Below are positions 32,032-46,029 of a stretch of DNA of 64,000 nt, piece by piece. The stretch is from Octopus sinensis (Eukaryota): contig NC_043002.1 of assembly GCF_006345805.1 (NCBI RefSeq), positions 28,396,001-28,460,000 on the forward strand, given 5' to 3'. Position 1 is the first letter of the stretch; every line of letters begins with the position of its first letter. A program made the position numbers and the translations under genes. Below the pieces are notes generated by a model. That model saw only the letters and a program-made list of their open reading frames with translations. It was not told the DNA's origin and ran no database searches.

Positions 32032-32183
32032 AATAGTATGACAACAAAAGATTGAATGGGACCTCGATATGTAAAATAGAGGAATTTATCTACAAATATA
32101 ATATGTGACAATTAGTTGGTTGTCATAATAAAATTCAGAGTTTCGGAAGTTTGCTCTGGCATATATATATATATTATATATAT

Positions 32184-32570
<387 letters not shown>

Positions 32571-32699
32571 TTTTTTCTAATTTATATATATATATATATA
32601 TATATTATATTTTGTGAAATTTGATTTAGTATTACTAAATTGAATTTTTCCCTGTAAGTTTGGAAATATTCCTTCATATTATTATTATTATTATTATTA

Positions 32700-32757
<58 letters not shown>

Positions 32758-32760
<3 letters not shown>

Positions 32761-33925
32761 TATGTTTGACTTTTGCTTTATATTTGTACAAGTTGGCTCC
32801 AAGTCTCACCCAGAGACCTCAAGAGACAACAGGGTTGGAAGTTCATGTTGTTGTTATGCCTAGTGTGCCATATATTTGGGGGGTGGGGATGTTGTACTAA
32901 TGAATGTCTAAAAAAAAAAAGTTTTTTTTTTTTTTTTTTTAAACCGAAAATTATGGTTGTTTTAAACCTTGAGGTTACATAGAGAGTATTTTGCGTAGGA
33001 TATGAGCAGTTCCCATGAGCACTATCTTTTGAACTTCTGCCATTTTTGGGTTTCCTGGTATCTGAGTTAGGTAGCTATCAGCCCCTTTTGCTATCATTCC
33101 CAGGGCACCTATGACAACAGGTATTGTTTTAGTCTTCAGCTTCCACATTTTGCTGATTTCTATTTCAAGATCTTTATATTTGCTCAGTTTTTGGTAGGTC
33201 CTGACAGATACGTTTATATCGATTGGGACAGTCATATCAATGAGGAGGCATGTTCTTTGTTTGAAGTGTTTCAATATGATGTCTGGCCTATTTGCATCTA
33301 TCTTCCTGTCAGTTTGAATGGTGAAGTTCCAGAGGAGTGAGATGTGGTATTTTCAAGCACTGGGGGTGGTTTGTGTTCCCACCAGTTTTTTCATGGGGCA
33401 AATCCAGGTTTTTACAGATTACCCAGTGAATATTTGTGCAGCTCTATCGTGCCTGTTGAGATACTCTGTAGGCGCTAGAAGACTGCACTTGGAGACCACA
33501 TGGTCAATGGTTTCATTTTGTTGCTTGCATACACGACACGTTGGACTGCTTCTGATCTTTAATATGTTGGCCTGGTAGTTTCTTGTTGGTAGGCATTGAT
33601 CTTGAGCTGCTATGATAAACCCCTCTGTTTCAGATTTTAAGCCAGAGGCCATTAGCCATTGATGGGTCAGGGCTTTGCCGATATCTGCATTATTCGCTCT
33701 CTTTGGGTATTTGCCATAGAGAGGTTTTTCTTGCCATTTATTATTCAGAATATCTAAGGCCGCAGTTTTGGCACGGGTTTTCATGCGCCTAGCTTTTTCT
33801 GTGCTTGTTTCTTGTATGTCTATCTCTAATTCCGAAATTGGTTGTATTCGGAATTCACTTAGATATTCCTTTGCCTGTTTTTGGTTGTATTCGGAATTCA
33901 CTTAGATATTCCTTTGCCTGTTTTT
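32758..33925 (-). mobile_element. 5'-truncated Dong/R4-type non-LTR retrotransposon (subfamily B)
   Basis: CCHC knuckle CRVCKQQNETIDHVVSKC and RLE region PDII..CLLIDMTVPIDINV..KLSKYKDL. 3' UTR ends in (TAA)n; 43-bp tandem duplication at the 5' junction; TAA repeats on both sides. Confidence 0.9.
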
Positions 33926-33930
33926 TATTA

Positions 33931-34072
<142 letters not shown>

Positions 34073-34096
34073 AATCATCATCATAATCATCATCAT

Positions 34097-34153
<57 letters not shown>

Positions 34154-34205
34154 TATTATATTATTATTATTATTATTATTTATTATTATTATTATTATTA
34201 TTATT

Positions 34206-37200
34206 CAGTAGTTTTATTTTTATAGCGTGCTTTCACTTCACTACCGAGCACAGCTCTGTGTGCCTTGGGTATGTGCTGTGATTTGTTGTGATGCTCTGAT
34301 GGTTATTGTATGGAAAGTGTTCTGCGTAGGATGTGTGCAGTGCCTAGTAGTGCAATTTTTCTATGTTATATGTGTTTGTAAGTCCTGGTGTTTTTGTTAT
34401 GTATTTGTCTGAATATTTTTTTATCATGCCTAATGCACCTACTATGATAGGATTGTTTCTGTCTTCAGATTCCACATTCTAGTTACCTCTATTTCAGGTC
34501 TTTGTATTTTGAGAGTTTCTCCATTTCTTTTAGAGACACGTTGTCATCAGCCGGTATTGATACATCAATTAGAAAGCATTTTTTTTCTTCATGATCTCTG
34601 ACAACTATATCTGGTCTGTTGGCCTTAATTTCTCTATCTGTGTGTATCGGCATATCCCAGAGTATGGTTGCTTTCTCGTTTTCTGTGACCTTTTCTGGTG
34701 TGTGCCTATACCATCTTTTTTCTGTTGTTATTCCATAATGTTGGCATAGCTTCCAATGTTTGTAGGTTCCAACTCTGTCATGTCTGTGAACATATTCCTT
34801 CTTAGCCAAGACTGGGCAGCTAGAGATAATATGATTTATTGTTTCTTGTCCATCTCCACATATTCTGCAGTTACTTGTAATATTCTTTTCATTACATGTT
34901 TTTGGTAATTTCTGGTGGGGAGGCTTTGGTCTTGTGCTGCAATTAAAAATCCCTCTGTTTCTGCTTTGAGTCCTGAGCTTCTCAACCATTGCTGGGATTT
35001 TTCTTTGTCCATTTCTTTTGCGTTTAGTTTAGTCCAGTATTTACCATGAAGGGGCTTTTCTTGCCATCGTTTTATCATGTCTCGTTGCTGTTCTATTTTT
35101 AGTTTGGATTTCATTTGTTTTATAGCTTTTGTTGTTTCTTCATCTTCTTCTTCTTCATGTTTATTAGGTGGTATGATTTCTTGTTTGTATTTGTCAGCTT
35201 CCTTAAATACTGAGAACAGTTTTTTGTTTTGCTCGTGTTTTGCCGCTATCTGGATCAGTTTTCCTTCCTTCTGAAGTAGATATTTTTGCAGTCCTATGGT
35301 GGTTATTTTATAGTATTTTTCCAGCTGTATAAGGCCTCTACCACCTTCTATACGTTGTATATATAGTCTTTCTATGTCAGATTTTGGGTGATGCATCCTA
35401 GATCCTGTCATTATTTTTCTTGTTTTCCTATCTATTTTGGTCAGTTCATTTCGTGTCCAGTTAAGGATATTGTAGCTGTAACTTATAACTGGGACAGCTA
35501 AAGTGTTGATACCTATTATCTTGTTTTTAGCATTGAGCTCTGTGTTTAGTATTGATCTAACTCGTCTATAATATTCTTTTTTTATTTTCTCTTTCATTTG
35601 TGTGTGTTGTGTCTTATCTAGTTCATGGATTCCTAAGTATTTGTAAGTTTGGCTTTGGTCTAATTCTTTTATTTCATTGGTTTTATCTAGTGTGATGTTG
35701 TTACTCTAACTAGTTTTCCTCTTTTCAGGGTTACTTTGGCGCATTTTTCTAATCCAAATTTCATATCTATTTCTTTGGTAAATCCATGAACTGTCTTTAA
35801 TAGTGTTCCAGCTGTTTGTCATTTGCAGCGTATAGTTTTAGGTCATCCATATATAAAAGGTGGCTGATCGTTTTGCCGTAACGTTTATATCCGCATCCAG
35901 TTCTATTTAGCATATCAGATAGAGGTGACAGTGCCAAGCAGAAAAGGAGTGGAGAGAGCGTGTCTCCCTGGAATATTCCTCTTCTAATGGGGATGTCTTT
36001 GGTTTTCATGAGTCCCTCTTTTGTTTGGAGGTGTAGGACTGTTTGCCATTTATTCATAGAGTGCTCTATGAATTTTATGATTGTTGGTGCTACTTTGTTA
36101 ATGGCTAGTGTTTCGAGGATCCATGTGTGGGGGATGCTATCAAACGCCTTTTTGTAGTCAATCCAGGCCATACTGAGGCCTTTCTTCTTTCTGTGGCTGT
36201 CTTCAGTTATGGCTTTATTAATCATTAGTTGATCTTTACAGCCATATGAGCCTTTGCGGCATCCTTTCTGCTCTTCTGGGAACAGTTTGTTTTCGTCCAG
36301 GTGCTTGTTCAGCCTTTGTGATATCACTGCAGTAAATGCCTTGAACATAGTAGGGAGGCAGGTTATTGGTCTGTAGTTTTCTGGTTTTTCTGTTTCATTT
36401 GATTTGGGAATTAAGATGGTTTTCCCCTTCGTGAGCCATTCAGGCATTGTCTCTGGCTCTGCTAGTACTTTGTTAAAGTTTTCAGCCAGCTTTTTGTGCA
36501 TTCCTGTTAGCTATTTCAACCAGAAGTTGGGGATCTTGTCATGCCCAGGTGCCTTCCAGTTGCTTAGTCTTTGCAGTGCCTGGGTGACCTCTTCAGTTGT
36601 TATGGTGGTCCAAAGTTGTTCAGATGCCGAGTTTGTTATTCTGATACTCCTTTTTTTGGTGGTTCGTTCGCCGACCATATTTCTCCCCAGAATTCTTCCA
36701 ATTCTTCTTCTGCCGTGGTGCTGCAGTGACTTCTATTTTATTTTTTCCCAGTTCTTGGTAAACTTTTTGGGGTTAGAGTTGAACTTTTTGTTTTCTTCAA
36801 AGAAGCGTTGGCGTTTCTTGTACCGGCGGATCCTTTGTGCTTTGGCAAGGATATCTTGCTTCAGCTTTTCTTTTATTTCAGGCAAATCTTTCTCTGCGAT
36901 GTTATATTTGCGGAGTATTTTTGTTCTCTTTTTGTTGCTCAGTAGCGTTGATTGTTTGCTGATTTCATTAAGAATCGACAGGTCTTTTCTATTTTTTTTA
37001 TTTTGTTTTGGATGTTATTTTCTCCACAGGGTTTGTTTGGGTGGTGGTACTCCTGTTTGGGCGGGTTTGGGTGAGTATCCAGCTTCTTTTGTGGCTGCAG
37101 TGGCTGCTGCGTATATTAGGTTATTTAGCTCAGTGATATCACTTTTTTTTTTATTCAGTGGCTATCAGTTCAGTGACGGCTAGGTTTATGCTGTTTATAA

Positions 37201-38170
37201 TAGGTGTTGTTACTTTGTTTATTTTGATTCTTGGGAGGTATGGTCGGTGGTCCATTTTGAGCTTTGTGGTTTTCAGTTCTTTGATTATTTTATTTTTTAT
37301 ATTATCATAATCATTAGGCTCCCCTTCGTTGTTTACATCGTGTTTGTTGGGATGTTGCGTTTGTCTTCGTGTTTTACAGTTTCAGTGTTTATATTATTGG
37401 GCATTGTTGTGTGGCTTCTATCTACATTTTCCTGGTGTATGTTTCTTTTAGGTGTTCTATTTCTATTTCTGATATTTTTTTTTGTGTTGAGAATGTATCT
37501 TCGTACGTTAGCTAATTTATTAGGGTTCATTGCTGTATCCAAGTCTATATCTCTATTATTTTCCTTCCATATTTTATATGTATGTGTTGTTGTATTTTCA
37601 TTTTTTGGGTAGAGTACTGCTGTGAAGTATGCGTGTAAGATAGAAATGTATTCCTCACGTGTCCATTTACGTCTTTTGGGTTTTATTTGCGGGACATGAG
37701 GTACAACGTCCGGTCCATTATTTTGACGGTCGTCATTTTCGTAGGGTACAGGTCCGTTTATTTCTGTTGTCACATTATTTCGCACGTGTAGTTTTTCGTA
37801 CATTTTTTGTTGTAAGTTTAATGTACGTACCGCTCGATTGTTATTCTTGGGTTGAATAGTATCGGTGGCATTTAATTTCTTCGTAGTTCCTTTGTACATG
37901 GTGTTTGGGGTCGGAGATGATCGTAATGTTCCACGAATGTTTACATGTGTTGCGTTAGAGGCGGAGATGATATCGAGTCAAAATACATCATTTCGTTTCG
38001 AAAAGTAATAAAATTTCAATTAGTATTACTTACTCGGATACAGTCCAATTCTTTGTTAGTAAAACTTGGCTCCATAGGATGTCCTTTTTTTCGATGTTTG
38101 TGGATAGATTTCGGAGCTCTGAATTTTCCTTCTTACATCTTAAACGTCCCCGGTGTTCTTCCCTTAAACC
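34206..38170 (-). mobile_element. Near-full-length Dong/R4-type non-LTR retrotransposon (subfamily A) in a (TAA)n tract
   Basis: N-terminal RRKWTREEY region, RT (NYRPITCLPT, GIFQGDTLSPLLF, HLLYMDDLKLYA), CCHC (CRICGDGQETINHIISSC), RLE (RPDIV..IDVSIP..KLSKYKDL). (TAA)n on both flanks. Confidence 0.93.
34303..37899 (-). pseudogene. Dong/R4 RT-RLE polyprotein, interrupted as assembled
   Basis: ORF pieces 37333-37899, 35797-36501, 34836-35597 and 34489-34989 join through several single-A deletions and one in-frame TAG near 36510; true stop read at ~34303 (..LRRTLSIQ*). Confidence 0.88.
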
Positions 38171-38339
<169 letters not shown>

Positions 38340-38384
38340 ATATACAACTTTCCATCTACAATACTCACTCAGAGGATATTGGTC

Positions 38385-38800
38385 GGTCCCGCGCTATATA
38401 GTAGAAGGAACTTGCTCAAGGCGCCGCGCAGCGAGACGGAACCCCAACTCACGTGGTTACAAAGCACGCTTTCGCTACACATACGTATGTATGTGTGCAT
38501 GCGTCTTTGTATTTGTCCTACTGCCACGACTTGATGACTGGGGTTTATTTACTCGACTAAAATCCCTTCAAGACGATGCTCCAGCATGGAGCAATCCACT
38601 ACCTAAAACAACTAAACTGATAAAAAGATGAAAATAAAAAAAGATAAGAGTGAAAGAAATGCAAATTTATTGGACAACCCGTGCGTGTTGGCTTTCATCC
38701 TTTCAGGGTCGATAAATTAAGTACCAGTTGCGCACTGGGGTCGATCTAATAGACTGCCCCCGCTCCCCAAAAACAATTTCGGGCCTTGTGTCTAGAGTAG
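38385..38800. mobile_element. SINE family 2 (minus) and family 1 (plus) fragments
   Basis: ATAGTAGAAGGAACTTGCTCAAGG..; CTTTCATCCTTTCAGGGTCGATAAATTAAGTACCAG.. Confidence 0.7.
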
Positions 38801-39264
38801 AAAGAATATGTTTATCTGTGTATATATTATGTGTGTGCGTGTGTATGTGTGTATGTGTGTATGTGTGTATGTGTGTGTGTATTTCTGTGTTTTTCTGAAT
38901 ATAACTGCACGTGTTTATAAATGTATGGATGTATGTTGGTATGAATGTATGCACATGTGAATGTTTGTCGGTATATTTTGTCAGGTCAGACTCAAACAAT
39001 CCGGCGTAGAATAAGAACCATTTCAGTTGCAACCGCTCCTTTATAGAGAGTTATAAAGAATTACGTTAACCAATACGTTTTTCCTCTACTTGTGACGGCA
39101 GTTTACACTTTGAAAACTTTGGCTGCCATTTCTAGACAGTCGAATTCCCACATGTATGTCACACACACATACACATACACACAGACACACACACATACAC
39201 ATATGAATATGTGTGCGCGCGTATGTGTGTGTGTGTGTGTGTGTGTACATATAATATATATATA

Positions 39265-39425
39265 GGCGGGGGTATAGCTGTATGGTTAAAAGATTGCTTC
39301 CAAACTGCATGGCTCTTGGTTCAATTCCACAGCATGGCACCATGGCTAAGTGACTATACCCTCGGGCTGACCAAAGCCTTGTGAGTGGATTTGGTAGACA
39401 GAAACAACAAGAAACCCGTTGAAAT

Positions 39426-39462
<37 letters not shown>

Positions 39463-39560
39463 CTGCATCTGTGTTTATCCCCTACCACTGCTTGACTACT
39501 GGTGTTGATGTGTTTACGTCCCCGTAACTAGGTTGTTCGGTAAATAGAAACCGATCAGTA
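39265..39560 (+). mobile_element. SINE family 2
   Basis: Head TAGCTGTATGGTTAAAAGATTGCTTCC..GGTTCAATTCC, then GTGAGTGGATTTGGTAGAC. Confidence 0.8.
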
Positions 39561-39679
39561 GCCACTACACACATTTTTTTCTCTCTTTGTTTCTTTCTGT
39601 GTTCCTTTCTGAAATATGACATCATTAATATTTCTGTATCTTGGAATTTGAAAAGCTTCACTTTCACTTTTATTCATTA

Positions 39680-40070
39680 CTAGCAGTATCGCCCGGCGTT
39701 GCTCGGGTTTGTAAGGGAAATAACTATATAAGCATTTTTAGAGATGTAAAGTATAATATCCATCTCAATATGGCTAACCACAAAGGGGTGTTACTGTAGC
39801 TTTTTACGTTCTGAGATTTAATAATAAATTTTTAGAGAGTTACTTCCCTTATATATGCCAAAAATGCATTAAAAATGGGAAAAATTGATGGTAAATTATT
39901 TTTAAAATCGTAGACTCATCGTAGACGCGCGCTAATACCCAGAAGGGCTCGGTATGAATCACGACTATAAGATACCCGGTTTTGGTTAAACTGCACCGCA
40001 AAATGTGGGAGTAGTTAGGAATCTAAATAGTAGGACAGACAGCACACAACCTCACTTTTATATATAAACA
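39680..40070 (-). mobile_element. Non-autonomous Helitron
   Basis: Minus-strand 3' end CCCGAGCAACGCCGGG..CTAG|T, similar to 7380-7404; 5' region TATATATAAAAGTGAGGTTGTG (5' TC not preserved). Confidence 0.75.
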
Positions 40071-40169
40071 TATATTCTGTAACTATCTCCTGCTCTCGAG
40101 CTGCAGAATGTGACAGAACAAGAGGGTCTATCCTTTTTGTAAATATTGATTTTAAATTTTGGTAGAAGG

Positions 40170-40345
40170 CCAGTAAGTTTTGGTGGAGGGGGCTAAGTTG
40201 ATTAAATCTACCCCAGCGTTCAACTGGCACTCATGTTATCGACCTCAAAAGGTTAAAAAGCGACCTCAGGAGAATTTGAACTCAGAACGAAATGCTACTA
40301 AGCATTTTTCCCCGCGTACTAAAGATTCTATCAGATCGCCACCTT
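40170..40345 (-). mobile_element. Degenerate SINE family 1
   Basis: TCGACCTCAAAAGG..GAATTTGAACTCAGAAC..CTAAGCATTT. Confidence 0.65.
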
Positions 40346-40428
40346 ATCCTTTCTGTAAATATTAACATCATCCACAGGTTTACGGCATAAATCTACCCAA
40401 GTATAACTATCCAGTGTTTCTCTCCCAG

Positions 40429-40517
40429 GTCTGAAGTCCCGTGGAAATTCGCCGAATATCCAGTACATTCCGAGGAGTTCACTATCGGACATCTTCAGAT
40501 TTGAACACTTGGATAAG
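40429..40517 (+). CDS. Candidate internal coding exon of an unidentified host gene (89 nt)
   Basis: Acceptor TGTTTCTCTCCCAG|G, donor AAG|GTATTA; only one open frame, (G)LKSRGNSPNIQYIPRSSLSDIFRFEHLDK (phase 1 to 0); unique, balanced-composition sequence. Protein not recognised. Confidence 0.45.
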
Positions 40518-40888
40518 GTATTATTTAGGAGATGATGTTTAAATGATACCATCCAACTCTAAAAGTCTGTCTGCACAGATCTTAAACATCCTACCCACTC
40601 TTCTCTTCTTAAAAAGTTAAAGTATATATGTGTATGTATGAATGTATGTATGTGCGTGACTATGTATGTGTTCGTATATATGTGGGCTATGTATATGTAA
40701 ACAGGTGAGTTTGTATGTTTCCATAACAGACGCAAAACTTGGTTTTTAATTATGCAAATTACCTCATAAAATATCTTATCTGTTTACTTCGATAAATCTA
40801 CTTCTCGCAATCCATCTCGTAGGCTCCCCTTCACGCTCTCCTTCTCTCACTCTTTCTCTGTATGTACGCATACATATATACATACTGT

Positions 40889-40949
<61 letters not shown>

Positions 40950-40952
<3 letters not shown>

Positions 40953-41058
40953 GTATGTATATGTATATATGTCTATCTATATGTGTATGGTTATGTATTA
41001 CATCTCCGGAAATGTAATACATAACATTCACATATAGATAGACAGGTATACATCTGTA

Positions 41059-41096
<38 letters not shown>

Positions 41097-41566
41097 GTCA
41101 GGAACACACAAAACTCACACGTATATACACGAATGAGTGTGTATGTGTGTGTGTGTGTGTGTTTGTGCGTGTGAACGTGCGCGTACGTGTGGTGCACACG
41201 CGTGCGAGTACGGAGGTAAAGATTCTCTGTCACAACACCAATTTTTCCGCTCTTTGTCATGGAAGCCATATATTTTCCTATTTTACTGTGATTATTGTTG
41301 TCTCTGTCTATCTCTCTACTCTTCTGTTTACGTATCTGTCAATCTATCCCTCCTCTCCTCTCTCTGTATATATATATATAATGTTGTGTGTGTGTGTGTG
41401 TGTGTGTGTTGCGTGTGCGTGTGTGTGTGTATGTATGTATGTTCTTTATATATATATGTATGTATATGTATATATGTCTATCTATATGTGTATGTTTATA
41501 TGTATTACATCTCCGGAAATGTAATACATAAACATTCACATATAGATAGACAGGTATACATATGTA

Positions 41567-41598
<32 letters not shown>

Positions 41599-41870
41599 GT
41601 CAGGAACACACACAAACTCACACGTATATACACGAATGAGTGTGTATGTGTGTGTGTGTGTGTGTTTGTGCGTGTGAACGTGCGCGTACGTGTGTGCACA
41701 CGCGTGCGAGTACGGAGGTAAAGATTCTCTGTCACAACACCAATTTTTCCGCTCTTTGGTCATGGAAGCCATATATTTTCCTATTTTACTGTGATTATTG
41801 TTTGTCTCTGTCTATCTCTCTACTCTTCTGTTTACGTATCTGTCAATCTATCCCTCCTCTCCTCTCTCTG

Positions 41871-41919
<49 letters not shown>

Positions 41920-41980
41920 GCGTGTGTGTGTGTATGTATGTATGTTCTTTATATATATTATGTATATATTATATATGTAT
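40950..41980. repeat. Direct tandem duplication of a ~510-bp unit
   Basis: CATCTCCGGAAATGTAATAC..CGGAGGTAAAGATTCTCTGTCACAACACC..CCTCTCTCTG occurs twice; unique parts differ mainly by 1-nt indels. Confidence 0.9.
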
Positions 41981-42912
41981 GTATATGTTAAGGCACTGAA
42001 CATCTACAACCCTGGGTCTTTTGATAGCACGTCATTTATGCGACTGACTACCTACCTGTCATAGTTCGAGATCTTGATCATGGCTGACCCACAGCTAAAT
42101 AAATATGATGACAGCAATACCAATGACTACAGTAACAATATCAACAATAATACTAACATAAATAGTGGTAAAGAACGGCCTACAAAAGAAATAGGTTTCT
42201 CGTGACCTGTTAAAAATATAAAAAAAAAAAATCTCTTTCAAATTACACTGTAAGTTCTTAGGAAAACGGGCGCATGGAATGGCGTATATTTAGATATAAG
42301 ATGTGATAGCCACGAATGGAATTTATTCGATGGTAGATTTAAATGATCAGAATTGATCTGGGACCAAACCACGACAGGAAAAATGCTGACGGAAGGCTAA
42401 GCGGCAGCAAACACCAACAACACCACTATCGCTACAGACATCACCGCCATCACTACAACCACCATCAACGCCGCCATCACTAACAATAATACATGATCTA
42501 ACGAGGGAACCTGTGCGTGGTCACTCGATCTGCTTGATATAGCCGCCAAATTGCCCTCAGTTCATTACCTACTGGCTTATAAAAGAACACGCTTGATACT
42601 GTGGTCCTGGATCCCCAGAATATATTTTGTCTTTTAATTGTTTCAGTCATTTGACTATGGCCATGCTGGGGCATTAACTGAAATGGTCTAATTAAACAAA
42701 TTGACTCTAGTGCTCATTGTTAAGGTTTCGCACAGTGTGACTAAAACCGAGACACAACATATTCGCAATGCGAGCTTCTTAACCACATAGCTATTGCTGC
42801 GTGTACAGAGCGATGAGAAATATACAGGATGACCATGGTTGGATTACCTTTCATTATAGGTGTGCTGGATCAACAACACAAACACTGGCAGCACCAGCAC
42901 CACCGTCAATAC

Positions 42913-43140
42913 CTATTTCTTTATTACCCACAAGGGGCTAAACATAGAGGGGGACAAACAAGGACAGACATAGGTATTAAGTCGATTACATCGACTCCAG
43001 TGCGTAACTGGTACTTAATTTATCGACCCCGAAAGGATGAAAGGCAAAGTCAACCTCGGCGGAATTTGAACTCACAACGTAACGACAAGCGAAATACCGT
43101 TAAGTATTTCGCCCGGTGTGCTAACATGTCTGCCAGCTCC
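42913..43140 (-). mobile_element. Near-full SINE family 1, tail type B
   Basis: Reverse complement of 5957-6188 with high identity. Confidence 0.88.
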
Positions 43141-43238
43141 AATACCATCACCATGATACCGTCAGCTTCATCATCATTAACACCAACAGTTGCAGCAGCA
43201 ACACAAACTCCATCATCATCAACAGCACCAGCAGTGGA

Positions 43239-43596
43239 GGCGCAATGGCCCAGTGGTTAGGGTAGCAGACTCGCGGCCGGAGGATCGCGGTTTCAATTCC
43301 CAGACCAGGCGTTGTGTGTGTTTATTGAGCGAAAACACCTAAAGCTCTACGAGACTCCGGCAGAGGGGTGGTGGTGGCGACCCCTGTTGTACTCTTTCGC
43401 TCCAACTTTCTCTTACTCTTTCTTCCTGTTTCTTGTCCCCGATTTCCTACGCAACCGCTGAGCCTAGATGCGCATTCATCTATCCGTCGATGCTCTCGGT
43501 GTCGGCGGTTGACCTGTTTTCTCTTCTGCGGGTCTTACGAATAGCAAAGGACCACGTTTCGGACTTCTCCCACTGGGACGAAGACCGCTTCGCTCA
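43239..43596 (+). mobile_element. tRNA-derived SINE family 3 with (AAAC)n tail
   Basis: A box TGGCCCAGTGG (43246-43256), B box GGTTTCAATTCC (43289-43300); second partial copy at 62475-62610 on minus. Confidence 0.85.
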
Positions 43597-44417
43597 ACAA
43601 ACAAACAAACAAACAAACAACACCAGCAAAAACATTACAAATTATACCACCACCAAACACAACCGATCCCACCACCACTACCAAAAGAACAGCAGCACCA
43701 ACACTATCACCATCAGCATCAACATCAACAACATCACAACACCAATATCAACAACAACTCCAACAACACTAACAACATAAGCAGGGTCCACTAACACCGA
43801 CATCGCCACCAACATCAATAGTGCTAGCAACACTACTTCCACCTTCACCAGCACTAACGCCACCACCGACGACTACACTGCCACCACCCAACCAGCACCA
43901 GCACCAGCACCAGCACCACCACCAGCACCACTACCACCACCACAAGAGCACCATACCAAAATCGATCAATTATCCAATCAGATACAATTTCTCTGATTTT
44001 ATATTTGTTTAATTACATCAAAAATTCTTTTTATTCTCATCAAGTGAAATGGCGGGAAAACAAGGCAAAAATAAACATCGATTATCTCTCTTGTGTCGGA
44101 CCGGCGAAATGGCGCGTAAAAATTAGGTGGGGTGGGGGTGGAGATGCGGCGATATGGAGGGTGATGTGAAAAGGTGGCCAATGTGTTTCGATATTTTACT
44201 TGGCTTTGGTGGAGACATTAGCGACCGCAGCTGAGGTGGTGGTGGTGGTGGTGGTGGTGGCTTCGGCGGCAGTGGTTGTGGATGCGTGCTAGTGGCTGTG
44301 GTGTTATGGCGTGGCTGGCGGCGGGCGGCGGTGGTGGTGGTAGTGGTGGTGGTGGTGGTGCTAATGGTGGTGGTGGTGCACACATACAGATAGGTACCCA
44401 GACACACATAACTTCAC

Positions 44418-44448
<31 letters not shown>

Positions 44449-44929
44449 AACACAGAGGCACAAACATTGATGAAGAGTGTATGTACAGATGTATGTTTAA
44501 GACGTTGGCTCGCCCCAACGAGCTTCCAGTTTCAATTCTATCGGGTAACACTCTGGAAAAGAGTCAACTAGCATAGTTTGAGGTCGACTAAATTCTTCTA
44601 AGCGAAATTTCGAAGAGAGAAATTGTACTGAAGATCGATAGTAGGACAGCTCTCGCTTTAAACTTGTAGAAGTCTTAATTCTAGCTCTACATCGATGGCT
44701 TTAGCAAAGTTTGATATGTTTCGAGAAATCATTCCAATCAGTTCTTCGTTTTGAAGAAGAGTCCGTTTTCTCCTCTTCTAACATCACTCATCCAATAGGA
44801 AAACAGTATTTAATAGAAAACTGTGTCTTCTGTTTCCAGAAACCCCAAATCAACGGGGAGATAATTGCTCGACATTCGATATAAAACAGTAGGAAAGTGT
44901 CAATTAAATAGGAATAAATTATGTAAGTG

Positions 44930-44993
<64 letters not shown>

Positions 44994-45180
44994 TTAGTAA
45001 TAATAATAATTGTAATAATAATGATAATAATAATAATGATGATGATGATGATGATAATAATAATACAATTAGGTTATTGTTTTATTGGCTTCTGAAGATT
45101 CTTTAACAATTAATTTAGGCTTGCTAATGATAATAGGTAAATAATTTGAGATTTTAGAACACCTCGGATGAGTATGCGCA

Positions 45181-45217
<37 letters not shown>

Positions 45218-45492
45218 TTATATATGGGTATAAATAGACGCATGTATGTATATATAAATGCATATTTAACATATGTACATATATATGTATATGTGTGTGT
45301 GTATATATATATATATAGAGAGAGAGGGAGAGACAGACAGACATCAATTAAATATAGATATGCATATATACGTATATATATACACATACACACATACAAA
45401 CACACACATATAGTATATATATATATATACTTACATATACGCACACATACAACACACACACAAACACGCGCAAATACATGCGCGCACACATT

Positions 45493-45523
<31 letters not shown>

Positions 45524-46029
45524 ATATATATATGCAGAGAGACATGAAAGAGAGAGCGGGAGAGAGAGAGAGAGCGGTTATGTGTATGTATATATGTCTT
45601 CCTATATGCGTGTATGTATGTGTTTATGTATTATATTTGTGCATATATGTATATGCGAGCATGCTGGGGATGTGCGCAAAGAAAAAATACAATATTATTA
45701 AAAGAAAGAAATGTTAAAAATTGATTAGCTTCTGTTATTGTTTTAAGACGGATGATGTTAATTACACAAAGATTAACTTGGCAAATGATTAAGTTATAAC
45801 AGATTAGATTTTAGTTATGAATGGCAAAGAAAAACACTTGGTATCATATCAGGTTAAACAATTTAAGGATTCAACAATATGAATGAGAAGAATAGGGTAT
45901 TTGAATAATAATATGAACACCATATCCTGCAAAATAATATGAACACCATATCCTGCTTCATCTTTAGAGGTCACTTGGAAAGATGCGGATTCTAAAATAA
46001 TACATGAATTTATTAAATGAATAAGATAT

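Noticed and set aside
36404-37183. 259-aa plus-strand ORF
   Set aside because: Antisense shadow of the Dong coding strand; likewise 37247-37612, 22627-22928 and 53826-54170 over other elements.
37900-38170. HDV-like ribozyme expected at the 5' end of an R4-clade element
   Set aside because: Could not fold the nested double pseudoknot by eye; the true 5' end may be missing.
40331-40552. Minus-strand ORF (..GMYWIFGEFPRDFRPGRETLDSYTW..)
   Set aside because: Overlaps the plus-strand exon candidate, which has better splice signals; not fully excluded.
45905-45956. 24-bp direct repeat AATAATATGAACACCATATCCTGC x2
   Set aside because: Simple local slippage duplication; two units with no spacers, not CRISPR-like. 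No CRISPR array or prokaryotic feature was seen anywhere in the window.
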